A stretch of 64,000 bases of DNA from a candidate division WWE3 bacterium RAAC2_WWE3_1 (GTDB lineage: Bacteria > Patescibacteriota > WWE3 > UBA101185 > UBA10185), in the NCBI GenBank assembly GCA_000503835.1, contig CP006914.1, positions 657,680 to 721,679 of the forward strand, written 5' to 3'. The position numbers and the translations under genes are program-made. Positions within the stretch are counted from its first letter, which is position 1, and each line of letters starts with the position of its first letter. Positions 9,388 to 20,291 of this stretch are shown piece after piece. Below the pieces are notes generated by a model, which did no database searches, had not been told where the DNA came from, and saw only the letters and a program-made list of their open reading frames with translations.

Positions 9388-11181
9388 ATGGAACAGAAAA
9401 AGATACGGAATTTTTGCATAATAGCCCATATCGACCACGGCAAATCCACGCTGGCTGACCGTTTTCTCGAGATAACCGGAACCGTCGATAAAAGACACCT
9501 TCAGGAACAAACGCTGGACAGCATGGAGCTGGAGAAGGAAAAGGGCATAACGATTAAGCTCAAAGCCGTGAGGATGAGTTACAAGGGTTACCAAATGAAT
9601 CTCATCGACACACCCGGGCACGTTGATTTTTCCTACGAAGTTTCCAGGTCCCTGGCCGCCTGCGAGGGCGCCGTCCTTGTCGTGGATGCTACACAGGGAA
9701 TACAGGCACAAACCGTTTCAAACGTATACAAGGCCCTCGAATCCAACCTGGTGATAATTCCTGTAATTAACAAGATCGACCTGACAGCTGCCGACGTCGA
9801 GAGCACCGAGAACGATCTCATAGGTACTTTCGGATTTAAAAAGGAAAACATATTCAAAGTGTCGGCTAAGACCGGCGAGGGCGTGGATGCGCTACTTGAA
9901 GAGATAATTAACAAAGTACCGGCACCTTCGGGAAATAAAGAAGCGGCACCGCGCGGGTTGATATTCGACTCCTTTTATGATGAGTATCTCGGAGTTATCA
10001 CGATGGTAAAAGTGACTGACGGAGAGTTCCGGGAGTTTACCGGCGGGACCGGCAGAAAAATACGTTTTCTCGCTACGGGAGTCTCCACAAAACCGGAAGA
10101 GATGGGATATTTCAAGCCCGAAAGAATAAGGGAAGGCAACCTTTCCACGGGGGAGGTCGGTTACATAGCCACGGGGTTAAAAGATATTACCGCGGCAAAC
10201 GTCGGAGACACGGTCTCTTTGGAAGGACGGGAAACGGCACCACTGCCCGGGTACAAAGAAGTTAAACCTTTCGTATTCGTTTCTATTTACCCGATTGAGA
10301 ATGATAAGTTTCCGCAACTCAGAGAAGCCCTTCAAAAACTTTCGCTTTCGGACTCAGCTCTTATGTTCGAGCCTGAAACAAATTCGGCGCTTGGTTTCGG
10401 TTTCAGATGCGGGTTTTTGGGACTTCTGCACGCCGACATAATCCAGGAAAGGCTGGAAAGAGAATACGACCTCAGACTTATATCGACAACTCCCTCCGTC
10501 GAATACCATGTGGAACTTACAAGCGGAGTCACCGTTGAAGTAAGGGCTCCATCTGAAATGCCCGACAGGTCAAGGATTCTCCGGATTTTGGAACCGCGGA
10601 TAAACCTGACAATTATATCTCCCTCCGAATACGTGGGAGAGGTCATAAAACTGTGTGAAGAAAGACGCGGAGAAAACACCAGAATGGAATACCCCAGTGA
10701 AAAAACAGTTTACTTCAGCTATATACTCCCGCTGGCGGAACTTGTTTATAACTTCTTTGACGACTTAAAAAGGGTTTCGTCCGGGTTCGCCTCCCTCGAT
10801 TATGATTTTAGAGACTACGCCCCCGTTGACGCAGTAAAAATGGACATATTAGTTCATAACTCGATTGTCGACCCCCTCTCTCACATAGTCCTCAGGAACA
10901 GAGCCCATGATGTCGGTAAAAACCTTTTAAAGAAACTTAAAGAAATAATACCCAAACAGCAGTTCACTGTGTCATTACAAGCGGCCATCGGCGGAAAAAT
11001 AATCGCCAGGGAAGATATTCCTGCTTTCAGAAAAAACGTTCTGGCCAAGATGAGCGGCGGGCACAGGGAAAGAAAAGACAAACTTTTGGACATCCAGAAA
11101 AAAGGCAAGGAAAGGATGAAAAGAATAGGAAAGGTTGAAATACCGCAGGAAGCCTTTAGACAGATCCTTCAAACCAAGTAA
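9388..11181 (+). CDS. lepA: translation elongation factor 4
   Basis: Motifs IRNFCIIAHIDHGKSTLADR, DTPGHVDF and GFRCGFLGLLH, plus the LepA C-terminus. Confidence 0.98.
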   Translation: MEQKKIRNFCIIAHIDHGKSTLADRFLEITGTVDKRHLQEQTLDSMELEKEKGITIKLKAVRMSYKGYQMNLIDTPGHVDFSYEVSRSLAACEGAVLVVDATQGIQAQTVSNVYKALESNLVIIPVINKIDLTAADVESTENDLIGTFGFKKENIFKVSAKTGEGVDALLEEIINKVPAPSGNKEAAPRGLIFDSFYDEYLGVITMVKVTDGEFREFTGGTGRKIRFLATGVSTKPEEMGYFKPERIREGNLSTGEVGYIATGLKDITAANVGDTVSLEGRETAPLPGYKEVKPFVFVSIYPIENDKFPQLREALQKLSLSDSALMFEPETNSALGFGFRCGFLGLLHADIIQERLEREYDLRLISTTPSVEYHVELTSGVTVEVRAPSEMPDRSRILRILEPRINLTIISPSEYVGEVIKLCEERRGENTRMEYPSEKTVYFSYILPLAELVYNFFDDLKRVSSGFASLDYDFRDYAPVDAVKMDILVHNSIVDPLSHIVLRNRAHDVGKNLLKKLKEIIPKQQFTVSLQAAIGGKIIAREDIPAFRKNVLAKMSGGHRERKDKLLDIQKKGKERMKRIGKVEIPQEAFRQILQTK

Positions 11182-11211
11182 TTCTTGTTATTACAAAAAC
11201 TTCCCGGGGTA

Positions 11212-11239
11212 TTGACACCCTTAGCACTCGTGATATATT
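11212..11239 (+). promoter_or_regulatory. sigma70-type promoter of the hrcA-grpE-dnaK operon
   Basis: TTGACA (11212-11217), 16-nt spacer, extended -10 TGaTATATT (11231-11239). Confidence 0.75.
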
Positions 11240-11247
11240 ACTGATAA
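11221..11247. promoter_or_regulatory. CIRCE element (HrcA operator), right arm degenerate
   Basis: TTAGCACTC-N9-TACTGATAA against the consensus TTAGCACTC-N9-GAGTGCTAA. Directly upstream of hrcA. Confidence 0.75.
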
Positions 11248-11248
11248 T

Positions 11249-11971
11249 ATGTTAAGTGACAGACAGCTCCAACTCATACATGCCGTAATAGATGAGTATA
11301 TAAAAAACGCTGAGCCTGTCGGTTCAGTCGAGATAGTGGCTAAGTATAATTTGAGATGCTCCCCCGCAACAATAAGAAATGAAATGGCTAAGCTCATCGA
11401 CCTGGGTTTTCTGGAGATGATGCATACTTCTTCCGGCCGTGTTCCCACAAAAATGGCGTACCGGCTCTATCTGGACCAAATGATGGAAGAAAGAGAACTC
11501 CCTGTCCTTCAGGAAGTTGCTTTAAAACAGCGTCTTTGGACGAACAGATTTGAGTTTGAAAAACTTCTACGCGAATCCGTCTTAGCCTTATCCGAAATGA
11601 GCAGATCCTTGGCTTTCGCAACAACCGGAGATGGCTTTGTAACTTACGCGGGGGCGGCAAATATACTGGATCACAAAGAATTCTGGGATATCGACGTAGC
11701 AAAGCAGGCATTTTCTTTATTGGATGAGTATCACCTTCTGGAAAGGGTTCTTGATAATGCGTCGGCACAAGGCGACATTAAAACACTCATTGAAGAGGAG
11801 GTCGGAATTGAAAAACTAAACAAATGCGCCATGGTCTTCACCGACTACTCTGCCGGAAAAAGATCGGGTAAGATCGGCGTTTTCGGGCCTTCCAGGATAA
11901 GCTACCCGGAGATAATACCTTCGGTTAAATATACAAAGAGATTGATTGAAGAACTCGGCGGTTCCTGGTAA
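11249..11971 (+). CDS. hrcA: heat-inducible transcription repressor HrcA (short form)
   Basis: Motifs LSDRQ...EPVGS, SPATIRNEM, HTSSGRVPT and IGVFGPSRISY. Confidence 0.93.
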   Translation: MLSDRQLQLIHAVIDEYIKNAEPVGSVEIVAKYNLRCSPATIRNEMAKLIDLGFLEMMHTSSGRVPTKMAYRLYLDQMMEERELPVLQEVALKQRLWTNRFEFEKLLRESVLALSEMSRSLAFATTGDGFVTYAGAANILDHKEFWDIDVAKQAFSLLDEYHLLERVLDNASAQGDIKTLIEEEVGIEKLNKCAMVFTDYSAGKRSGKIGVFGPSRISYPEIIPSVKYTKRLIEELGGSW

Positions 11972-11991
11972 CCCCAAACATACATTCAAAT

Positions 11992-12444
11992 ATGAAAGAG
12001 GATAAATTACAAAAAGATAAGATTGAGACCCTTGAGAAAAAAGTTGAGGAATTAGAAGAATGCTGGAAAAGGGCTCTCGCGGACTATAAAAACCTCGAGA
12101 AAAGAGTTGAAGAAGAAAAGGGCAGCTGGAGATTTTTCGCAAACGAAGGTTTGATCAGAAGAATACTCCCCGTAATTGACAACCTCGAGCGTCTGAAAAA
12201 ACACATTAACGATAAAGGGCTGGATTTGATAATCAATGAAATGACGTCGGGATTGAAAGAGTTCGGGGTCGAGCAAATCCATTCCGAACAGGCAGAGTTT
12301 GACCCGATGAAAATGGAAGCCGTCGAAATGGTTGACGGAGAAAAAAATAAAGTGGTCGAGACAGTTTCAAAAGGATATTTACTAAATAAAAAGTTAGTTC
12401 GCCCGGCTATAGTTAAAGTCGGCAATGGCCAAAAGGAGGCTTAA
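11992..12444 (+). CDS. grpE: nucleotide exchange factor GrpE
   Basis: Motifs RALADYKN, LPVIDNLER, FDP and GY...VRPAIVKV. Confidence 0.95.
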   Translation: MKEDKLQKDKIETLEKKVEELEECWKRALADYKNLEKRVEEEKGSWRFFANEGLIRRILPVIDNLERLKKHINDKGLDLIINEMTSGLKEFGVEQIHSEQAEFDPMKMEAVEMVDGEKNKVVETVSKGYLLNKKLVRPAIVKVGNGQKEA

Positions 12445-14352
12445 ATGTCAAAAATAATAGGGATAGATTTAGGTACAACAAATAGCGTAGTAGCAATTAT
12501 GGAGGCCGGGAGTCCGAAGGTCATTCACAACTCCGAGGGGGCAAATACGACTCCTTCCGTAGTGGTTCCCGACCAGAATCTTGTGGGCGTTCCCGCAAAA
12601 AGACAGCAAGTTGTAAACCCTAAAAATACTGTTTTCAGTATTAAGCGGTTAATGGGCAGAAAGTTTTCAGATACCGAAGTTCAGCAATTGAAAAAAGAGC
12701 TGCCTTACGATATAACACAAACCCCCGGTGGTTTAGCAGGTGTAGAAGTTGAAGGAAAGATCTACACTCCTCAGGAAATTTCCGCGAAAATTCTTGCGAA
12801 GTTAAAAACCGAAGCTGAAAAGTTTACCGGAACAACAATTACCGATGCAGTCATAACTGTCCCTGCCTATTTTAATGATTCCCAGAGAACCGCAACTAAA
12901 GAAGCGGGTCAGATAGCAGGATTAAATGTAAAAAGAATTATTAACGAGCCTACGGCCGCTGCGTTGGCATATGGACTCGATAAAAATATAACCGAAAAAA
13001 TTGTGGTCTTCGATTTGGGAGGCGGAACTTTCGATGTTTCCGTTCTCGATATTTCCGAAGGAGTTTTCGAAGTTAAATCAACGAACGGGGACACCCACCT
13101 TGGGGGTGACGACTTCGACCAGAAAATAATTGCGTGGCTTCTGGAAGAATTCAAAAAGGAAAACGGGATGGATCTTTCTTCGGACAGACAGGCAATGCAA
13201 AGGTTAAAGGACGCCGCTGAAAAAGCAAAAATTGAGCTTTCTTCAACTACAACAACAGAAATTAGTGTTCCCTTTATCACAGCGGACCAGACCGGACCTA
13301 AGCACCTTACCGCCACACTAACACGCGCTCATCTGGAACAACTGGTAGAAGATTTACTGAACAGAACAATCAAACCTATGGAATTGGCATTGAAGGACGC
13401 CGGAATTTCTGTATCTCAAATAAACGAAGTGGTGATGGTCGGCGGAATGACAAGAATGCCTAAAGTCAACGAGATTGTTAAAAACTTTTTCGGCAAAGAA
13501 CCCCACAAAGGTATAAATCCTGATGAAGTGGTTGCCGTCGGAGCTGCTATTCAGGGAGGAGTACTCGGAGGAGATGTTAAGGATGTAGTTTTGCTCGACG
13601 TGACCCCACTGACTCTTGGAATCGAAACTCTGGGCGGCGTCTCAACTCCTTTAATCAAAAGAAACACAACAATACCTACTAAAGCATCCGAAACATTTTC
13701 TACGGCAGCAGACAACCAGCCCGGTGTGGAAATCAATGTACTGCAAGGCGAAAGAAATATGGCCGCAGATAACAAATCTCTCGGAAGATTTATGCTGGAC
13801 GGAATTCCTCCGGCACCCCGCGGATTACCTCAAATTGAGGTGACCTTCGACATTGACGCCAACGGTATTTTGCATGTTACCGCAAAAGACAAAGCGACGG
13901 GAAAAGAACAAAGAATATCCATACAGGGCGGAACCGGATTAAACAAAGATGAAATAGACCGTATGGTTAAAGAAGCTGAAACCCACGCCGACGAAGATAA
14001 AAAGAGAAAAGATCTGGCGGAAAGCAGAAACGTCGCTGACGGATTAACTTACACAGCTGAAAAATCTTTGAAGGACGCCGAAGGAAAAATCCCTGAAGAA
14101 ATGAAAAAAGAAATTAACGATAAAATCGCCGAAATAAGAAACGTACTTCAAACGGCTACCGCGGAAGAACTGAAAAATAAAACTCAGGAACTTTCAACTT
14201 CGTTGCAAAAAATCGGACAGCACTTATACGGCCAACAGGGACAGCAGGGGCAACCTAATCCCGAACAAGGAGGACAGGGGCCTCAGTCCGGACCTGCAGA
14301 CGGACAAGAGCCGAATAACGAAGGGCCTGTCGAGGGCGAGGTTGTTGAATAA
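12445..14352 (+). CDS. dnaK: chaperone DnaK (Hsp70)
   Basis: Motifs [28 protein letters not shown] and NPDEVVA. Confidence 0.99.
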   Translation: MSKIIGIDLGTTNSVVAIMEAGSPKVIHNSEGANTTPSVVVPDQNLVGVPAKRQQVVNPKNTVFSIKRLMGRKFSDTEVQQLKKELPYDITQTPGGLAGVEVEGKIYTPQEISAKILAKLKTEAEKFTGTTITDAVITVPAYFNDSQRTATKEAGQIAGLNVKRIINEPTAAALAYGLDKNITEKIVVFDLGGGTFDVSVLDISEGVFEVKSTNGDTHLGGDDFDQKIIAWLLEEFKKENGMDLSSDRQAMQRLKDAAEKAKIELSSTTTTEISVPFITADQTGPKHLTATLTRAHLEQLVEDLLNRTIKPMELALKDAGISVSQINEVVMVGGMTRMPKVNEIVKNFFGKEPHKGINPDEVVAVGAAIQGGVLGGDVKDVVLLDVTPLTLGIETLGGVSTPLIKRNTTIPTKASETFSTAADNQPGVEINVLQGERNMAADNKSLGRFMLDGIPPAPRGLPQIEVTFDIDANGILHVTAKDKATGKEQRISIQGGTGLNKDEIDRMVKEAETHADEDKKRKDLAESRNVADGLTYTAEKSLKDAEGKIPEEMKKEINDKIAEIRNVLQTATAEELKNKTQELSTSLQKIGQHLYGQQGQQGQPNPEQGGQGPQSGPADGQEPNNEGPVEGEVVE

Positions 14353-14412
14353 GTACCCGGCACTTCAGGTAGAAAACTATTTACGGGTTATCAAAAATGC
14401 TATATTTACTCT

Positions 14413-15570
14413 ATGCCTGTTGAAACAGTGAATAGTATTGCATTCGAAGTTTCCCAAGATGAAAAAACCAGAGAAGAGACACCCCATGGAACAGACTCGT
14501 GGGCTATCCCTGAAACCAAAGAACTCACTACAAGCGGAGCAGAAGCACGCGCCGGTGAGGTGTTGATGGATGTTTATAAAGCAGTACCGGAAATAACCGG
14601 GTACCTGCTGGGCTCAAAGGAAAGTACCCCAACAGTTATTGGAGTCGACTCAAACGGAATGATTCTTTTTCCTGAAACCGGCACCGTAGTTATACCTTAC
14701 GATGTTTCCTCACAAGAACGCATCCGTATGTTGAAGCAACCTATAAAATCCGCACTCGATACGACAGACGATGGTTGGATTTTTACCGAAGTAATAAGAC
14801 CTGAAACTTCCGCTGGAAGGAACCGCATTGATACGGAAGAAGACCTTGCTAATCTTTCGGTAAGAAATATAACTGAAAGGGCGCCTCTCGAGGCAAAAGA
14901 CGTTAAAAAAATGACGGCACAAGTGATGAGACATATATCGGGAGCGCTTCCCACCGACGGGGAAACCAGCGCAGTCGAGCTATCCGGAGAAGGCGGAGTA
15001 AAAGTAAAGGTGCACACGGAAAAGGACGGAAAAGGAAAAACAATATTACTTGATGAAAACGGACAAAAAGTAAATCTTTCCGACTACCCTGACGATGTTA
15101 GGAACCTGTATGAAAGCTACTTTCACGGACCTGCTTCAGGGGAGGAACCTCTGGGAATAGAGGCGGCCTTTCCTTCAGCAAGAGGGCAAAAACTTCCAGA
15201 CGAACTTGAAACAAGAATCGGGGACTTTCCGGAAACAGAAGAGAAAGTGAAAAGGTACGCCGGGAAAAAACGCCACGGGATCTATATGGAACTGGAACAC
15301 CCTGCAGAGGCTGTAAACAAAATGCTTGCCGCTGAAAGAAAAGAAAGGCCGCTTCAACTGCCCGCAAATGAACCGGGAAGACTCCCGGAAGCATTTGAAA
15401 GAACAGGTATTGTTCCCATTATTATCGGAATAGAAGGAAAATTTACTGCCTTTTACGACGAAAAGAAAAATGACATCATTCTTTGTGTGAGAAACCGGGA
15501 GAACAACTGGACTGCCTCAAGGTTAGAAAAGATACCGCAGGAAAAAATCGAATCTCTTTGGGCTGAATAA
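14413..15570 (+). CDS. hypothetical protein
   Basis: 385-aa ORF with TGcTATATT 6 nt upstream of the ATG. No family recognised. Confidence 0.7.
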   Translation: MPVETVNSIAFEVSQDEKTREETPHGTDSWAIPETKELTTSGAEARAGEVLMDVYKAVPEITGYLLGSKESTPTVIGVDSNGMILFPETGTVVIPYDVSSQERIRMLKQPIKSALDTTDDGWIFTEVIRPETSAGRNRIDTEEDLANLSVRNITERAPLEAKDVKKMTAQVMRHISGALPTDGETSAVELSGEGGVKVKVHTEKDGKGKTILLDENGQKVNLSDYPDDVRNLYESYFHGPASGEEPLGIEAAFPSARGQKLPDELETRIGDFPETEEKVKRYAGKKRHGIYMELEHPAEAVNKMLAAERKERPLQLPANEPGRLPEAFERTGIVPIIIGIEGKFTAFYDEKKNDIILCVRNRENNWTASRLEKIPQEKIESLWAE

Positions 15571-15674
15571 CTCTTACCAATTGAACAAATCCCCACGTTG
15601 ATATAATATATTCTTATACACAAACTGCCCAAGTTGTTGCTATCCCTGCAATGACAGCGGCATAAGTAAAGACC

Positions 15675-15941
15675 ATGAATGCCGTACAAATAACCACAAT
15701 AATTGTTTTAGTAGTTTTCATTATTGATGTGACCGCCGTATCGGTTTTTCTCATCTTATTTCTGAGAGATTTGAGAACCGCGGCACAGGACGCCGACAAA
15801 ACCCTCAAAGACGTCAGGCATATTACAGGCGCAGTAGGAGGACCGATTGCCGTTGCAGCCGGACTTCTTGAGAACGTAGCCAGAGGAACAAAAGCATTCA
15901 AAGTAATAAGTAGTATTTTTAATAAAAACGAGGAGGACTAA
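15675..15941 (+). CDS. small membrane protein (DUF948/YtxG-like)
   Basis: N-terminal TM plus amphipathic helix. Paired with a YtxH-like gene. Confidence 0.6.
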   Translation: MNAVQITTIIVLVVFIIDVTAVSVFLILFLRDLRTAAQDADKTLKDVRHITGAVGGPIAVAAGLLENVARGTKAFKVISSIFNKNEED

Positions 15942-15942
15942 T

Positions 15943-16254
15943 ATGTGTGACCATGACGACCCAAAATCTTTCGTGAAAGGGGCTTTTTGGGGAGCGCTGG
16001 CAGGGGCGGTTTTAGGTATTTTGTTCGCCCCGGAGTCAGGCGAGAAGACCAGAAAAAAGATAAAGGACAAATCTGAAGAGCTGGCGGAAAAAGGTATGGA
16101 AGCCGCAGAGCGAGTGACCGATAAAGTAGAAGAAGTAAAAAACCGGGTCGAGCCCTACAAGGAAAAAGCCGAAGAATTTATCCGCGACACGGAAGAGCGT
16201 GCCAAAGAAGAAGCGGACAACATCAAAAAACGATACTTTAAGGGAACTAAATAA
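15943..16254 (+). CDS. YtxH domain protein
   Basis: GALAGAVLGILFAPESGEKTRKKI signature. Confidence 0.85.
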   Translation: MCDHDDPKSFVKGAFWGALAGAVLGILFAPESGEKTRKKIKDKSEELAEKGMEAAERVTDKVEEVKNRVEPYKEKAEEFIRDTEERAKEEADNIKKRYFKGTK

Positions 16255-16313
16255 CCCGGGACCGCGCCTGATACTTGTTAATATCCCCGTTTGTTAGTGT
16301 TAGAATATTTCTA

Positions 16314-16610
16314 ATGCCGCGATCAATCACATCTTTGGGAAATTTCGAAGAGACCTCTCCGGAAGTACAAGAGCCCGGAATTGAAATTATTCCTCAAGTA
16401 ACTCCCGAAGTAGAAAAGGGGGGAGAAATGCCTTCTGTAGTCAATATACCGGAAACTGCCGCGCCTCCGATTGTTGATGTAAGCACGCACGAAACTCTAC
16501 CGGACCACCCCGTCACCCCGAAAGATTCCATAACATCTCTTGCGAACGAAGAGGAAAGCCGCTTCAGACAAGAAGTTCAGGAAGAAAAACTGCCCAATGG
16601 ATCAGCTTAA
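16314..16610 (+). CDS. hypothetical acidic Pro/Glu-rich protein
   Basis: ATG 16314 lies 7 nt after TGtTAGAAT. Overlaps the start of the next ATPase gene. Confidence 0.5.
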   Translation: MPRSITSLGNFEETSPEVQEPGIEIIPQVTPEVEKGGEMPSVVNIPETAAPPIVDVSTHETLPDHPVTPKDSITSLANEEESRFRQEVQEEKLPNGSA

Positions 16611-19041
16611 CAATCTAGATAGCATTAATACAACAGTCGAAAACACTGCGCACACAGCTGAATTTATTGCACCTATCCTTTTCGTCCTCTTCATAGCTCT
16701 TTATGTTTTTGTCGTGTGGAAGAAAAAACAGAACGAGAAAGTATCCCAATACAAGCTGACTTTTTTACAGGTTAAACTTCCCCCCGACAACGAAATAGAG
16801 GTAAAAGCCGCTGAACATATGTTTTCCAACCTGATGGGTTTTCAAAAAAGTTTCCTTCAATCCATATTTACAGAACCTTTTAGGATTTCGTTTGAGATAG
16901 TTTCAAAAGCCGACGGAATAGCATTTTACGTTGTCGCCCCAAATGAAATTGCAACTATAGTAGAAAAACAAATTAACGGAGCTTACCCTACGGCGGAAAT
17001 AGATATAATAAACCCCCATGAAATATGGGATAGGGGCTCTTACACACAGGTAGTGGAATTAAAACTACGCGGACCTTCATACTACCCACTCAAAATTTAT
17101 GAGGATCTGAAAAACGACTCTCTGAGCTCTATTACTTCTGCCATGAGTAAACTGAGCGATGACGAGGTCGTTGCGGTACAGTACGTTATTCAGCCTGCAG
17201 GGGATAACTGGAGACTGGCCGGTAGAAGATTTTGCTCCAGTATCAGACAACGGGCGGCTGATCCGGAAAAAAAGGTAAACATAGACACGTCATTCCTCGA
17301 AGGAATAGAAAAAAAGACCGCACTACCCGGGTTCTATACAAAGATCAGGATCGTCTCCGTGGCTAAAGACAAATTTGCCGCACAGTCCAACGTTCAGAAC
17401 ATGCTCAGCGCCTTCGAACAATTCACAAACATGAACTACAACAAACTTGTAAGGAAAACTATGATTTCGGCCAAAACTCTCATCAAAAATTTTATTTACA
17501 GAAAAATAAAAGTGAAGGATGTATACATACCTGTTGCCGGAATACAGATTTACTCCGATACGTCGGTCCTAAATATCGAAGAGCTTGCGACCGTGTTTCA
17601 CTTCCCGAATAAAAATATTGAGACGCCGAACATTATTTGGCTCACCGCGAGAAAATCTTCGGCCCCGGTCAACCTGCCGACAACCGGCCTTTACCTTGGA
17701 AAGAGTAACTTCAGGGGCGTAGAGAAGCAGATCTTTATGAGCCAGGAAGACAGGGCGCGGCACTTTTACATCATCGGACAAACGGGTACCGGTAAGTCTC
17801 AATTTTTAATGTCGCTTGCATTGCAGGATATCCAAAATGGCGAGGGTGTGGCAATAATAGACCCCCACGGAACTGATGTGGAGGAATTGTTAAAAAAGAT
17901 ACCGCCTTCAAGAAAAGATGATGTTATTCTTTTCGACGCGTCAGACACAGAAAGACCGATGGGTATAAACATGCTGGAAGCAAGGTCGGAAGAAGAGAAA
18001 CATCTGATAATCAACTCTTTCATAGCCCTTCTTTATAAACTTTACGACCCTAACCACCAGGGAATAATGGGGCCTGTTTTGGAGCGAACCGTAAGAAACG
18101 TTATGCTGACCGCGATGTCTGACCCGGACAGCACAATGATTGACGTTATGAGGCTCCTCACGGACTCCAACTACAGCAAAGTATTTATCGAAAGACTCAC
18201 CGACCCGCTGGTGAAAAGGTACTGGATAGACGAGGTCGCCAGCGTTCCGCAGGGAAAAAGGGGTGAAAATATGCAATATTTCACCGCTAAGTTCGACCGT
18301 TTCGTTACTGACAGAACTATGCGAAATATTTTAGGCCAGAAGAAATCCGCGTTTAATTTTGATGATGTTATGGCACAGAAAAAAGTACTTCTCGTCGATC
18401 TGTCAAAAGGAAAAATAGGCGAGGAAAATTCCAACTTTATTGGGTTATTATTGGTACCGAGAATATTATCAGCTGCCCTGAGAAGACATTCTCTATTAAC
18501 CAAGGGGGTCGCTTATCCGGACTTTTATCTCTACGTCGATGAATTTCAAAACTTCGCTACCCCTGACTTCGCGACAATCCTTTCGGAGGCCAGAAAGTAT
18601 AAATTGAACCTTACCGTTGCGCACCAGTTTATTTCCCAGCTCGATGACCAGATCAAAGAAGCCGTGTTCGGCAACGTCGGTACGATGTGTGCTTTCAGGG
18701 TGGGAGCGGAAGATTCGGAATTTCTGGAAAATCAATTTGCCCCTAAATTCACAAAGACCGATCTTATAAACCTATCGATAGGCAACTGCTACGCAAGAAT
18801 GCTTGTGAAAGGACAACCGACCCCTCCTTTCTCTCTGGCTGTAGACTGGAACAAGATAACTTCAACTCCAAAGGACGAGATACTGGCAAGGAACATCAAA
18901 GAAACATGCCGCCTCAAATACGGAGTTCCGGCAGAAGAAGTCGAAGAGTACATAAAACTCCGTGCCGGTTACGAAGAGAGAAAAGAACCGGAAGAGGCGC
19001 CCCTGCCTAAGATTCCTCCTCCCGGCAGAATTCCCTTTTAA
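16597..19041 (+). CDS. membrane-anchored VirD4/TraD/VirB4-like (HerA-FtsK superfamily) ATPase
   Basis: N-terminal TM; Walker A HFYIIGQTGTGKS; IDPHG; Walker B YVDEFQNF; LSEARKY and AHQ motifs. Confidence 0.85.
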   Translation: MDQLNNLDSINTTVENTAHTAEFIAPILFVLFIALYVFVVWKKKQNEKVSQYKLTFLQVKLPPDNEIEVKAAEHMFSNLMGFQKSFLQSIFTEPFRISFEIVSKADGIAFYVVAPNEIATIVEKQINGAYPTAEIDIINPHEIWDRGSYTQVVELKLRGPSYYPLKIYEDLKNDSLSSITSAMSKLSDDEVVAVQYVIQPAGDNWRLAGRRFCSSIRQRAADPEKKVNIDTSFLEGIEKKTALPGFYTKIRIVSVAKDKFAAQSNVQNMLSAFEQFTNMNYNKLVRKTMISAKTLIKNFIYRKIKVKDVYIPVAGIQIYSDTSVLNIEELATVFHFPNKNIETPNIIWLTARKSSAPVNLPTTGLYLGKSNFRGVEKQIFMSQEDRARHFYIIGQTGTGKSQFLMSLALQDIQNGEGVAIIDPHGTDVEELLKKIPPSRKDDVILFDASDTERPMGINMLEARSEEEKHLIINSFIALLYKLYDPNHQGIMGPVLERTVRNVMLTAMSDPDSTMIDVMRLLTDSNYSKVFIERLTDPLVKRYWIDEVASVPQGKRGENMQYFTAKFDRFVTDRTMRNILGQKKSAFNFDDVMAQKKVLLVDLSKGKIGEENSNFIGLLLVPRILSAALRRHSLLTKGVAYPDFYLYVDEFQNFATPDFATILSEARKYKLNLTVAHQFISQLDDQIKEAVFGNVGTMCAFRVGAEDSEFLENQFAPKFTKTDLINLSIGNCYARMLVKGQPTPPFSLAVDWNKITSTPKDEILARNIKETCRLKYGVPAEEVEEYIKLRAGYEERKEPEEAPLPKIPPPGRIPF

Positions 19042-19065
19042 TCCCGTTGCTGTATAATCATGATA

Positions 19066-20274
19066 ATGATAACGCTGCCGTTCCTCCAGAAAAGTACAAA
19101 GCGCCCCAGCAAATTTTTGACACTTTCCATAAATTCCGAAGATGTAAAATGCGCTGTTTTTTATGACGACCCGGCAGAAGCAAAACTTAAAATATTGGGG
19201 GCGGGAAGACAGATTTTATCAAAAGACAGTTCAAGAGCCGGAATAATCGTCGATAAAGATGATGTAGAAGGCGCCGCCGAAGAGGCTATAAGACGTGCGC
19301 TGGAAAATACCGAGGGTGACGTTCCTCATCTTATTATCGCTGCAGGAAATGCTACAGTGCTCGGAATTACAACAACGGTAAGGTACAGAAGAAAGGAGCC
19401 CCACACGGCCATAAATGATAAAGAGGTCACCCGTCTTTACGAACGCATCTCGGAGGCCGCTTATATTGAAGCCCAGAACGAATACTTGAGCACCACGGGT
19501 AACGCCGACGAAAATCTCGAGATTATAACAACATCCGACGTTTCGCTAAAAATTGACGGGCACTCGGTAAAAGGTTTGGAAGGAAACGCCGGGTTGGTTA
19601 TAGAAGCGGCCGTCTACCATGCTTTTTGCCCCGAGTATCACATAAAAGCTCTTCAGGCACTGGCAAAAAAGCTCGGTCTGAGCATACTGGCGGTAGGCTC
19701 CGGAATGTATTGCGCAGCTCAATGGGTCAAGAAAATAACCCCCGAGATAACCGATTACATCCTGGTAGATGTTGCGGAGGATACTACCAATGTTTCAATC
19801 GTTTTCGGCGGAGGTATTGTAGCCACTAAATTTTTAAGTCTGGGGCACAGACATTTTGTGGAACAAATTGCCGAGCGTATGGGAGTCACCATGGAAGAGG
19901 CCGGAAAATTACTCAAATCTTATATCAGTGAGGTACTGTCCGACCCCGAAATGGAAGTGGTCGGAGGCTGTATAAAAGAGGCTATAAAAATATGGGTGAT
20001 GGGGATTGAAATACTATTCGGAGAGTTCACCGGGGTTAAAACCTTTCCTTCCAAAATATTTTTACTGGGGGCGGGAGCGGAGATACCCGAAGTTGTAAAG
20101 GCGCTGATGACGGATTCGTGGGCAAAGAACATACCCTTCAGGGAGACGCGGGAAGTATCTCTCATGGAAATCGAAGGTCTTCCTGTCACCGACGCAACAG
20201 GGGTCGTGAAAAGTAAAGACTGGTTTAGCAACGCAGTTCTATCTATAATCTATAAGGAAATTTTTGATAAATAA
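19066..20274 (+). CDS. FtsA/PilM-like actin-fold protein
   Basis: ILVDVAEDTTNVS (phosphate-2-like) and IFLLGAGAEIP (adenosine motif); phosphate-1 degenerate. TATAAT 7 nt before ATG 19066. Confidence 0.7.
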   Translation: MITLPFLQKSTKRPSKFLTLSINSEDVKCAVFYDDPAEAKLKILGAGRQILSKDSSRAGIIVDKDDVEGAAEEAIRRALENTEGDVPHLIIAAGNATVLGITTTVRYRRKEPHTAINDKEVTRLYERISEAAYIEAQNEYLSTTGNADENLEIITTSDVSLKIDGHSVKGLEGNAGLVIEAAVYHAFCPEYHIKALQALAKKLGLSILAVGSGMYCAAQWVKKITPEITDYILVDVAEDTTNVSIVFGGGIVATKFLSLGHRHFVEQIAERMGVTMEEAGKLLKSYISEVLSDPEMEVVGGCIKEAIKIWVMGIEILFGEFTGVKTFPSKIFLLGAGAEIPEVVKALMTDSWAKNIPFRETREVSLMEIEGLPVTDATGVVKSKDWFSNAVLSIIYKEIFDK

Positions 20275-20291
20275 TTTTTAGAAAGTTTTAA

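Noticed and set aside
14230-14352. GQ/P-rich quasi-repeats at the end of dnaK
   Set aside because: This is the ordinary low-complexity DnaK tail.
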